Virus record (IMG/VR): IMGVR_UViG_3300034520_000068
Location: 1,732-65,731 of that record
Length of the DNA: 64,000 bases
From: a virus
Lineage: Duplodnaviria; Caudoviricetes
Strand: one strand, 5' to 3'
Shown here: positions 19,221 through 26,895 of the stretch, in pieces
Layout of the letters: each line of letters opens with the position of its first letter
Numbering within the stretch: the stretch's first letter is position 1
Position numbers and translations under genes: made by a program
Notes under the pieces: generated by a model
Told to the model about the DNA's origin: nothing
What the model saw: the letters and a program-made list of their open reading frames with translations, nothing else
Databases searched by the model: none

Positions 19221-19356
19221 TGCATAGGGGCAGGGACTCGAACCCTGCAATACTACCCTCACGGAATAGTCACCGAATACTTTGGAGTCGCAATCAGCCT
19301 CAGCCCATTGCGTTTAACCCATTTCTAGGGTGCGTATGCTTTCCGCCACCCTATGC
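19221..19356 (-). ncRNA. tRNA-like element A (136 nt)
   Basis: Acceptor GCATAGGG/CCCTATGC, D-like TGGCGGAAAGCATACGC, T arm GCAGGG-TTCGAGT-CCCTGC, three internal hairpins, no CCA. Confidence 0.7.
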
Positions 19357-19374
19357 ATCGCCGCCTATCGGCTC

Positions 19375-19403
19375 ATTATAATATTACCACATATCATCGT
19401 GCA
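19375..19403 (-). promoter_or_regulatory. Putative late/leader promoter
   Basis: TATAAT at 19380-19375; weak -35 position occupied by a TGCACGA repeat. Confidence 0.55.
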
Positions 19404-19487
19404 TGTGCGCATGAAAATCGTGCAAAAATGAATGATTTTCGTACAAATATCGTGCAAAAACGTGCAGAAATGATTAAGTTTCGTGCA
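19397..19487. repeat. Phased TCGTGCA direct repeats
   Basis: Copies at 19397, 19418, 19439, 19450, 19460, 19481 (spacings 21, 21, 11, 10, 21). Confidence 0.8.
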
Positions 19488-19663
19488 AGGGAGAAAATGA
19501 CAAAGGGAGAAGCAAAAGCAAAAACAGAATATCTGTGGCTATGAAACAGATTTTGGCGTAAGTTTTCGGCTAAAATCGGCCTTGGTACGGGGAAATTTTT
19601 GGGAGGGGGAACTCTCCCGCCTGCACGATGACCCTCCCCCCACGGGTGCCGCCCGACCGCAGA

Positions 19664-19753
19664 GGGCAGGCAGGCAAGCAGGCAGAGGCAGGGAAGGAGG
19701 CTGGGAGGCAGACTGTGGCTGTTGTGGCTGTTGTGGCTGCTGGCGGCTGTGGC
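19664..19753. repeat. GGCA and TGTGGCTGT short tandem repeats
   Basis: ggcaggcaggcaagcaggcagaggca and (tgtggctgt)n seen directly. Confidence 0.75.
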
Positions 19754-19968
19754 ATATAGCTGTGAATCCGTGATAAGTGCAAATACAATACCGAAAAGAG
19801 ACAAAAAAGGTATTGCCGTATCTAGGGCCGTAGCATACGACGATAAATAATACCATGCAGGGGTATGATATACCCTATATGGGTATAGGCAACAGAATGA
19901 TATACCCTGCGGGGGTATCTGGTTTATCTTGGCGAGAAGATACTGATTGTCAACCCTCCCACATTATC

Positions 19969-20180
19969 CGGTTAACAATACACCGCTACGCATTGTCTAC
20001 AATTCGCCATTCATCGGTTGACAATACCATCACCCATATGTCCACCTCTTGCACAATTACGGTTGACAATCCCTGCATAGCGTAGCAAGAGACGGATTGT
20101 ATACACATAACCGCATATCGGTTGACAATTTGATACGATATCGAGTTGTATACCAAAAGCAAAAGAAAGGTTGACAATTG
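19969..20180. repeat. Dispersed GGTTGACAAT repeats
   Basis: Five copies near 19969 (variant), 20016, 20061, 20120, 20170. Confidence 0.7.
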
Positions 20181-20579
20181 GCGCATGGGCTTTGTGGCTT
20201 TCTGTGACCTCCCGTGACTTTCCCGTTGCTTCCTCTGTGCATTTCCCTGCTTCGGCTTGTCGGCTTTCTCTCCTGGCTGCATTTCCGGTCCTTCCGTTTC
20301 TTTTGTGGCTTTTCTTCTGTGGCTGTTCTTCTGTGGCTTTTCTGTATGTTTTTCCGGCCTGCGGCGGCCGTAGTAGTTTTGTGTGCCGGTCCCTTTTCTG
20401 CCTCCCGATGCTCTTCCGGCCCTTCTTCCGATCCCTTGGATGCCGATGCGAAGTCCCGAAAAAAAAATAAAAAAATCCCCAAAAAAATTTTTTTCCGGCA
20501 AAAAGAGTGAATCCCTAAAAGCCTTGATATACCTGTATTTGCGGGAAAAATAATTTTTGAAAAGATTTTTTAAAAGGTA

Positions 20580-20608
20580 TTGACAAAGTAACGACGCAGT
20601 AGTAATAT
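20580..20608 (+). promoter_or_regulatory. Strong sigma-A promoter of early region
   Basis: TTGACA-17 nt-TAATAT with AT-rich upstream tract. Confidence 0.75.
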
Positions 20609-20721
20609 AATAATAGAACAACGAAATACCGAACATCCCCTACAAACCTGCCAAGACCCGGATTTTCCGGCGAGCGGGCCATACGGCACAAGATGCTAGG
20701 AGGAAGAAAGGGGGGGGAAGG

Positions 20722-20770
20722 TAATGCAGCCGAGGCCCGTCCCAAGCCGGGCGGAAGAATGCAGAGGGGG
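20722..20770 (+). ncRNA. Twister ribozyme-like (no evident P1)
   Basis: TAA-TGC-AGC...GCCCG-TCCCAAGC-CGGGC...GCA-GA-GGG core. Confidence 0.7.
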
Positions 20771-20794
20771 AAATAATTAAGGAGGAATTTTGAA

Positions 20795-21022
20795 ATGATG
20801 AACTTAAAAGAGATTGACTGGAAGGAATTTGAGAAGAAGTATCCCGAAGCATACAGCTTTTTAATCGGCCGGAATTTAGAAAGGGAATATATGGACCTTA
20901 AAAATGAAATTAGAAACGAAAATATAGACTACAGGAGGTGGCAATGGGTAAGGGAAAGATTGATTGATATACGGGAGATAGCTCCCGATATCGAAGGAAG
21001 AGTAAAAAAGCTGGCCGGTTAA
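20795..21022 (+). CDS. Early hypothetical protein
   Basis: AAGGAGG RBS, 75 aa. Confidence 0.7.
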   Translation: MMNLKEIDWKEFEKKYPEAYSFLIGRNLEREYMDLKNEIRNENIDYRRWQWVRERLIDIREIAPDIEGRVKKLAG

Positions 21023-21030
21023 CTCCGGCA

Positions 21031-21093
21031 TCTCTAATGCAGCCTGCCGAATTCGGCAGCCGGTCCCAAGCCCGGATAAAGGCAGAGGGGAGA
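21031..21093 (+). ncRNA. Twister ribozyme (type P1)
   Basis: TCTC-TAA-TGC-AGC-[CTGCCG/CGGCAG]-CCGG-TCCCAAGC-CCGG-ATAAAG-GCA-GA-GGG-GAGA; P1-P4 and both pseudoknots can form. Confidence 0.9.
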
Positions 21094-21114
21094 AAAGAAC
21101 AAGGGGGCTTAAAG

Positions 21115-21423
21115 ATGTTTGAGATGATAGACGAAAAAGCCTTAAACCGCAGGAGAATCACCGAACCTAAATTTTATAGAATGGTGAAACGCATTGAAAA
21201 GAAATATCCTCAAATCACGGTTTATTGCGACTGGGACACGATGCGTGAAGAAGGCTTTCTAGAAATTAGGCTAATAAAAGACCTGACAAAGAAAGTAACA
21301 ATCAAAGTCGTTTATAACGTTTTTGAAGAAAAATTTCAATTCTTCCAAGATGGCGAAAAAGTAAGTATAGGCTGGATGATAAGAAACTTTATAAAGAAAG
21401 GGGAAAATAGGAAATGTTTGTAA
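21115..21423 (+). CDS. Early hypothetical protein
   Basis: Start MFEMID after AAGGGGG. Confidence 0.65.
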   Translation: MFEMIDEKALNRRRITEPKFYRMVKRIEKKYPQITVYCDWDTMREEGFLEIRLIKDLTKKVTIKVVYNVFEEKFQFFQDGEKVSIGWMIRNFIKKGENRKCL

Positions 21424-21635
21424 ATCCGAAAGACATGAGCGACGATGAACTCGCATACTGCTACGACACAAATCCCGACCCGGCACATATTGCAGCCGGA
21501 ACTCCCGAATATCAGCAATGGGTTCGGGAAATACAAGAAGAATACGAAAGGAGGTTTTTGAGAGACTTTGTTGAATTCTGGGAGAGAGAAGTCAAATTCG
21601 CTTGCGATGAAGAATCCGAACAGATCCGGGGCTAA
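21414..21635 (+). CDS. Early acidic hypothetical protein
   Basis: 73 aa, coupled to upstream gene. Confidence 0.6.
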   Translation: MFVNPKDMSDDELAYCYDTNPDPAHIAAGTPEYQQWVREIQEEYERRFLRDFVEFWEREVKFACDEESEQIRG

Positions 21636-21643
21636 ATCCCCGG

Positions 21644-21693
21644 TCCGTAGCGGCACAGCCGCCTGAAGAGCCGGGGAAGTCGGCCGAAACGGA
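21644..21693 (+). ncRNA. Hammerhead ribozyme (type III)
   Basis: TCC-GTA, stem I GCGGC/GCCGC, CTGAAGA, stem II GCCG/CGGC, GAAAC-GGA; predicted cut after 21649. Confidence 0.85.
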
Positions 21694-21904
21694 AAAGGAT
21701 ACGGAGAGGGGGAATAAAACTTGAGAAAATTTGTCCGCACATCTCGCACGGGGGATAAAGAGGTGATTGAAATTGCATACAACAAAATAATGATGTACCG
21801 AGTTCACTTAGGATACGTAACAGAAAGAACTATCTACCCCATAACAGGGAAAATTGATTTCGAGAGACTTGAAAAAATTGGATACAAAGAAGAATAGAAA
21901 ATCA

Positions 21905-21935
21905 CCGCCGCCCGGGGCGGATACAAATGCCGGGC
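21905..21935 (+). other. H-type RNA pseudoknot upstream of RBS
   Basis: CCGCC/GGCGG and GCCCGG/CCGGGC interlocked stems. Confidence 0.6.
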
Positions 21936-21955
21936 AGGACGGAAAGGAGCAAATA

Positions 21956-22387
21956 ATGAAAATCATGGATGGCATTGAAAAAATCATAGAAGGCTATCAG
22001 CAACTTGGCTTTGACGTGATATCTATAGACGAAGAAAATGCTATTTCGGAATACATACACCAGAATTTGCAGTCTTGCCCCGTAGAACTATACAGAGGCA
22101 TCATGGTGAGTTGTGATTTCACAGTTGAAGTCGGAGACATAATACGCTCCAAGCATCTATTTGAATCATATACTGAAGACATCGAAGTTGCGAAAGAATT
22201 TGCCCTTCGCAGAAATCAGGGCGCAATACTGAAAATTGAAGAACCCATCGGACTGCCCATCTACATGGTCACAGAAAACGAAAATGAGCAAGAGTGGCTG
22301 ATACCCAGCGGCGAGTATATAGTCACTGATATCGAATCCGATGAGGATGACGATATACAGATTATCACTATCAGGGAGGTGAAATAG
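21956..22387 (+). CDS. Putative ADP-ribosyltransferase (R-S-E clade)
   Basis: LYRG, FESYT...VAKEFA, ENEQEWLIP motifs. Confidence 0.65.
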   Translation: MKIMDGIEKIIEGYQQLGFDVISIDEENAISEYIHQNLQSCPVELYRGIMVSCDFTVEVGDIIRSKHLFESYTEDIEVAKEFALRRNQGAILKIEEPIGLPIYMVTENENEQEWLIPSGEYIVTDIESDEDDDIQIITIREVK

Positions 22388-22389
22388 AG

Positions 22390-22626
22390 GTGAAAACATT
22401 GTCCCCCAGCGAAAAAGCCCTTTTAGGGGCGATTCGCTCCGCCCTGAAGTTCGGAGAAATTGCCCCACTTGCTACAAATGATGAAGTCAAAGAGTATATA
22501 CTTTCCACTACAGACACCACGGAAAAAGAATTTTCTACTGAAGCAGAAGGCATTTTCAAAAAACTAGATGTTGATAGTTTGGTCGGCGCAGTTTCAAAGG
22601 CTGAATTTCTAGGGTTGATACCATGA
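22390..22626 (+). CDS. Hypothetical protein
   Basis: 78 aa ORF in operon. Confidence 0.55.
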   Translation: MKTLSPSEKALLGAIRSALKFGEIAPLATNDEVKEYILSTTDTTEKEFSTEAEGIFKKLDVDSLVGAVSKAEFLGLIP

Positions 22627-23387
22627 AAAAATATACAAAAGATGCGCTAGTCGAGCAAATACGAAAATCTATACAATCTCTGGGCTATGTGCCCTCGTTG
22701 CCAGAATACAACAAACTCCGATTGAAACCCACGGAGCAAACCATCAGAAGACACGGCCTGACTTGGAGCGAAGCTATGAACCTTGCCGGATATACCACTC
22801 GAAAAGTTGATTTTCTATCGAAAGAAGAAATGCTTGAACAGTTGAAAAAGTATATCTCTATACATGGTCCTGTAATATCGTATCAAGACTATTTGCGTGA
22901 CTATCAAAGATATGACCTACCAAGCCCATCTACATTGATTCGTCAATTCGGTTCTTTCAAAAAAGCCATTGAGGAGGCCGGGGGAAGTACTCCCTACCGT
23001 ATGATTGAATACACAAAAGAGGATTTGATATTTTTTCTGCAAGAATACTATCGAAAATACAAGGTTGCACCAACTATGCCCGAATGGGAAGTATATTCGG
23101 AGAAAAACAATCTCCCTGGAAAAAGCGCATTCCAAAACATTTTCAAAAGGTGGAATCTAGCATTGGAAGCCGCCGGATTGGTGCCGAATTTGCGAAGGAC
23201 TCCAAAATGGGATAGAGAGAAAATCCTTTCAGCACTACGTGAAAACTTTTCTACAATGCCAGGAAGGAGGGAGTACGAAAAATTGAGCAAAGGTAATAAA
23301 GATATCCCTTCTTCCACCACAGTTGTCCGGTTTTTTGGCTCCCTTGCAAATGCGTTTATGCAAGCATTTGCAAAAGATAGCCAGTAG
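22623..23387 (+). CDS. Homing-endonuclease-associated repeat protein
   Basis: Four ~60 aa repeats KE.L...L......P...EY.....PS..T..R.FGS...A...AG; no nuclease motif seen. Confidence 0.7.
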   Translation: MKKYTKDALVEQIRKSIQSLGYVPSLPEYNKLRLKPTEQTIRRHGLTWSEAMNLAGYTTRKVDFLSKEEMLEQLKKYISIHGPVISYQDYLRDYQRYDLPSPSTLIRQFGSFKKAIEEAGGSTPYRMIEYTKEDLIFFLQEYYRKYKVAPTMPEWEVYSEKNNLPGKSAFQNIFKRWNLALEAAGLVPNLRRTPKWDREKILSALRENFSTMPGRREYEKLSKGNKDIPSSTTVVRFFGSLANAFMQAFAKDSQ

Positions 23388-23449
23388 GGCAAGGCCAGCA
23401 CGGTGCAAGCCCGTGCCGCAGGGTTTTATCCCTGCGCCGCTCAACCTAC
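23384..23449 (+). ncRNA. Twister-sister ribozyme
   Basis: GTAGG-GCAAGGC...GCACGG-TGCAAGC-CCGTGC-CGCAGGG/CCCTGCG-CC-GCTCAA-CCTAC. Confidence 0.85.
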
Positions 23450-23468
23450 AACATAAGGAGGAATAAAA

Positions 23469-23717
23469 ATGTTTTCCACAAAAAAAGAATTTACCGAATT
23501 CTGCAAAGAAATTTCGGCCCAAACTTCAAAAAAGTACACTCTTGTGGTGTTTCGGGACCGGACTGTTGCTCGTGTCACCGGCCCCTGGGAAGCCCGGAAG
23601 CCGGTATGGTGCAGTTTCGAGGGGGAGTTTTCCCCTGCAGAAGTCTTCAACGCCCTGTACGAGGCGTACGAAGACGAAGACGGGGTCCCTTGTGTCCCGT
23701 ATTCGGAGCACAAGTAG
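23469..23717 (+). CDS. Early hypothetical protein
   Basis: AAGGAGG RBS, 82 aa. Confidence 0.7.
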   Translation: MFSTKKEFTEFCKEISAQTSKKYTLVVFRDRTVARVTGPWEARKPVWCSFEGEFSPAEVFNALYEAYEDEDGVPCVPYSEHK

Positions 23718-23833
23718 GGCAAAGCCAATGCCCGCATCCCCGGAGCAATCCGGGGATTATTAACGACCACAACGGGCCGTCGTAAATATTATACATGCGG
23801 CGGCCTCCAAAATCAAGATTGGAGGTTTTATCA

Positions 23834-24046
23834 ATGAGATATATTAAAACCGGGTATTATAACGAATTTGTCACGTTTGAACATGAAGGCAAAATTTATA
23901 CTCGTGACTTGTATGGCGTCAATGAAAATGATTATTCCATGAAAGGGTATTTTGAATTCAACGACAAAGAATATTGCTTAACGAAGCAGTTAAAACTTTC
24001 CCCTAACGGAGCAACGGTATTAGATATTAGCATAAAGGAGGTTTAA
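23834..24046 (+). CDS. Early hypothetical protein
   Basis: GGAGG RBS, start MRYIKT. Confidence 0.65.
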   Translation: MRYIKTGYYNEFVTFEHEGKIYTRDLYGVNENDYSMKGYFEFNDKEYCLTKQLKLSPNGATVLDISIKEV

Positions 24047-24049
24047 TCA

Positions 24050-24643
24050 ATGTTTTCACGTTTAAACACCGCCGAAAAACGGCAGGAAGCAAGAAAGTTT
24101 TACCTTGAAGGATGCGACGTTAAAGAATATCCCGAATTGGATTGTATTATTGGGATATCCCGAACCGGTAAGCCATGTGCTATGGCATTTGTCGGCACTG
24201 CTGGCAGGCCAGAGTGGCATTATCTCTTCAAAACTACCGCCGACATGAACGCATACATTGAGAAGTATTTACAGAGCCGTAAAAAAATAATCGAGTATAA
24301 ACAACAGCGCAAACAATCCCGCAAAGCTCCTGCTTTATATGCAGTTCCTTTCAAGCCGGGCGATATCCTTTATGATTCTTGGGGATGGGAGCAGACAAAC
24401 GTAGATTTTTACGAGGTTGTGCAGGTCAAGACGGCAAGCACAATCATTATTAGGCAGATTGCAAAAAATACGACTGAAACGGGCTTTATGAGCGGATACA
24501 CTACACCAAGACCGGGCGAATATATTGGCGAACCACAGCAAAAGCGCATTTCATGGCTTAATGGGGAGCCTTATATAAAATCTCAATATGGCAGTATCAG
24601 CAAATGGGATGGTAAGCCTGTTCTTTGCAGTTGGTATGCGTAA
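24050..24643 (+). CDS. Early hypothetical protein
   Basis: 197 aa; GDILYDSWGWEQTNVDFYEVV motif. Confidence 0.7.
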   Translation: MFSRLNTAEKRQEARKFYLEGCDVKEYPELDCIIGISRTGKPCAMAFVGTAGRPEWHYLFKTTADMNAYIEKYLQSRKKIIEYKQQRKQSRKAPALYAVPFKPGDILYDSWGWEQTNVDFYEVVQVKTASTIIIRQIAKNTTETGFMSGYTTPRPGEYIGEPQQKRISWLNGEPYIKSQYGSISKWDGKPVLCSWYA

Positions 24644-24716
24644 AGCCCCGAGGTTGCCCCGCAAGGGGAGCGGTAAAATTCCGCAGGCCCGAAAGGGCCA
24701 ACGCTCACAGGCTTTA
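24641..24716 (+). ncRNA. Twister-sister-like ribozyme (extra arm)
   Basis: TAAAGCC/GGCTTTA, GTTG/CAAC, CCCC-GCAA-GGGG, GCGG-TAAAATT-CCGC, GGCCC-GAAA-GGGCC, GCTCA. Confidence 0.7.
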
Positions 24717-24738
24717 TCCGGGAAAGGAGGGTTTATTG

Positions 24739-24954
24739 ATGAGTATTTTTCATTTTACACGGCAAGAACTCAAGCAAAAGCAAGCACATGACTTTAAGGA
24801 AGGTAATGTGGTTGTGTGTGGCAAATATTTTATTTGGATTAAATACGGACCTTATAAAGAATATCCTTTACGCACAACTGTTAGTACTAAAAATGATTTT
24901 CGGGACCTGCCGTTGCATAAATGGCCTTATTATATCCGAGATTTTGTAAATTAA
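24739..24954 (+). CDS. Early hypothetical protein
   Basis: AAGGAGG RBS, start MSIFHF. Confidence 0.6.
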   Translation: MSIFHFTRQELKQKQAHDFKEGNVVVCGKYFIWIKYGPYKEYPLRTTVSTKNDFRDLPLHKWPYYIRDFVN

Positions 24955-24989
24955 CGAATAAAAAAAGGAGAGGAAGGAGGGGTTTATTG

Positions 24990-25220
24990 ATGCGGTATTA
25001 TGAAGCCAAGCCCAAAAACGGGCGGCTTACCGAACGTCACAAAACCGAATTAAAAAAAGCCGGTTTTAAATGGGCTGGTTTGGGCTGGATTGCTATAGCC
25101 GACCGTCCCCCAAAAGTTTGGGGGTGTACTGTGAAGGCTATTAAGCCACCGTCCCATAAAGTAGTCATTAAAACTGAGCAGGATTGGGATAAATTCTTGG
25201 GGAAGATTTTTGGGTTATAA
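24990..25220 (+). CDS. Early hypothetical protein
   Basis: AAGGAGG RBS; ELKKAGFKW....W motif. Confidence 0.6.
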   Translation: MRYYEAKPKNGRLTERHKTELKKAGFKWAGLGWIAIADRPPKVWGCTVKAIKPPSHKVVIKTEQDWDKFLGKIFGL

Positions 25221-25269
25221 ACGGGGGTTTATCAGTCCCCGCAATAATTCATAGAAAGGAGGGATTCGT

Positions 25270-25455
25270 GTGACCAACGCACAATGTCAGGCTTATGCGG
25301 TTATAGCCGTCCGGAATCTCATCCGTGACGGCATAATAAAATCCAACATAAAGAAGGTTTATCGAGCAATAGACCGGGAACTTTATCAGCTATTCGATGA
25401 AATTGGCGAAGAAGAAGCCGAAGAAAGAGCCGCAAGAATACTCACCGGGGCTTGA
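25270..25455 (+). CDS. Hypothetical protein
   Basis: AAGGAGG RBS, 61 aa. Confidence 0.65.
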   Translation: MTNAQCQAYAVIAVRNLIRDGIIKSNIKKVYRAIDRELYQLFDEIGEEEAEERAARILTGA

Positions 25456-25510
25456 ATAGGGGTTTATTAGGACCTCAAAAATTCATAGGGAGGAAGGGGA
25501 AATACCAAAC

Positions 25511-25711
25511 ATGCATAGGCTTGAAATAAAAGAACCGTATATTGTTAACAATTGCAGGGGTAGCTATGAAAGAAAAGCCGTGCCTGTATTTCATTCATGG
25601 CGGTATAAATGCGTAGCAGTATCCGAAAATAAACAGGCATTAATAGATTATGCAGAACAATTACCTTTAGATATGTTCTATCAGCGAGAAAGGGTATATA
25701 AGATTGAATAA
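25511..25711 (+). CDS. Hypothetical protein
   Basis: RBS, 66 aa. Confidence 0.55.
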   Translation: MHRLEIKEPYIVNNCRGSYERKAVPVFHSWRYKCVAVSENKQALIDYAEQLPLDMFYQRERVYKIE

Positions 25712-25772
25712 CCCCAAAACATATGGGGTTTATCAGGGCGAAGTTTAATTCATGGAAGGAGGTATAACAAAT

Positions 25773-25919
25773 ATGAGGATGGATAACTATGATAGGCGCA
25801 AATGTTCTATCTGTCGGCGTGAATATGAAACAACCGACAGTGAATCAAAAATATGCCCCTTGTGTAGGGCTGACGAATTGAGGTATAAAGCACAGAAATC
25901 GATAAATAAAACATCTTAG
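25773..25919 (+). CDS. Small zinc-finger protein (not in ORF track)
   Basis: AAGGAGG RBS; CSIC...CPLC, 48 aa. Confidence 0.6.
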   Translation: MRMDNYDRRKCSICRREYETTDSESKICPLCRADELRYKAQKSINKTS

Positions 25920-25968
25920 GAGGGTTTATTAGTGTAAAGTTTTATTCATGCGAAGGAGGCGAACACTC

Positions 25969-26541
25969 ATGCTCAAACTCCCGAAAATCGTCAGCAAAGA
26001 CGGGATTCTAGCCATGCTTGACCAAATTAACACAAAATGTTCTACCGGTGCCCGCAACCACGCCATAATCATGATGATGTGGCGGTGTGGTTTGCGGGTG
26101 TCGGAGGTCTGCAATTTGACGCCAGCCGACGTAAACATAGATAGCGGGTCAATTTATGTCCAGCAGGGGAAGGGGAAAAAGGACAGATACACGTACATGG
26201 ATATGATGACACTAGAATCCGTCAATCGTTGGCTCAAAATCCGGCCCGACAGTCCTTACTTTTTCTGCACTCTCGAAGGTGGGCAACTACAGCAAAGATA
26301 CGTCCGGGAGGTATGCTATCGGATATCAAAAAAAGCGGGGGTTTATATTCAAGATGGCACAAAAAAGAAGCCCGTCAGCCCCCACAAGCTCAGGCATACA
26401 TGTCTTACGAGCTTGTTGAAAAGTGGGTTTAATATCAGGGAAGTGCAGGAAATTGCAGGTCATGCCAGCATAAATACAACACAAATCTATCTCCATGTCG
26501 ACAACCAAGAGCTGGCGGCAAAGATGCGGAGCAGGAAATAA
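25969..26541 (+). CDS. Minimal tyrosine recombinase (catalytic domain only)
   Basis: GLRVSE, GKGKKDR, HKLRH, GHASINTTQIY; 190 aa. Confidence 0.9.
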   Translation: MLKLPKIVSKDGILAMLDQINTKCSTGARNHAIIMMMWRCGLRVSEVCNLTPADVNIDSGSIYVQQGKGKKDRYTYMDMMTLESVNRWLKIRPDSPYFFCTLEGGQLQQRYVREVCYRISKKAGVYIQDGTKKKPVSPHKLRHTCLTSLLKSGFNIREVQEIAGHASINTTQIYLHVDNQELAAKMRSRK

Positions 26542-26644
26542 GGCGGGGGTTTATCCGCACACCAAAAGATTCATAGGCCGGGATTTATCAGCAACAAAAA
26601 AGATTCATAGCTTTACAAAAAATAAACAAAGGAGATGATTCGAT

Positions 26645-26854
26645 ATGGCTCATCCATGGCCCACAAAAAAAGACGGCGCAGATGCCGCAATTGCTATAAG
26701 GGATATATATAACACAACCGGCACATTGCCGGAGGAAATGGTGACGGCTTACAAAAAAATGCTCAAGACGGCAAGGCCGGGAGTTATCCAGTCATTTTTC
26801 GAGGCGCTGGCGAAGGAGTGCCCCGAGGCATTGAAGTTTTTTATTAAACAGTAA
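26645..26854 (+). CDS. Hypothetical protein
   Basis: AAGGAG RBS, 69 aa. Confidence 0.6.
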   Translation: MAHPWPTKKDGADAAIAIRDIYNTTGTLPEEMVTAYKKMLKTARPGVIQSFFEALAKECPEALKFFIKQ

Positions 26855-26860
26855 ACCACA

Positions 26861-26889
26861 TTGACATTAATATATTAATATGCTAATAT
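26861..26889 (+). promoter_or_regulatory. Sigma-A promoter
   Basis: TTGACA-17 nt-TAATAT with extended -10 TG. Confidence 0.75.
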
Positions 26890-26895
26890 TAGTTT

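Larger units (their letters stand above)
25224..26610 (+). repeat. Six copies of bipartite site GGRTTTATYMG-N10/11-ATTCATR between genes
   Basis: At about 25224, 25459, 25725, 25920, 26546, 26580. Confidence 0.85.

Noticed and set aside
19664-19753. Second GGY-NN guide array
   Set aside because: Periods are 4 and 9 nt without variable dinucleotides, and no RAMP-like gene is nearby.
18722-20745. ORF-track calls across the leader and repeat block
   Set aside because: No RBSs, biased composition, and overlap with structured RNA and repeats.
23762-23806. Pistol or HDV-like ribozyme
   Set aside because: Loop length and pseudoknot complement do not fit either consensus.
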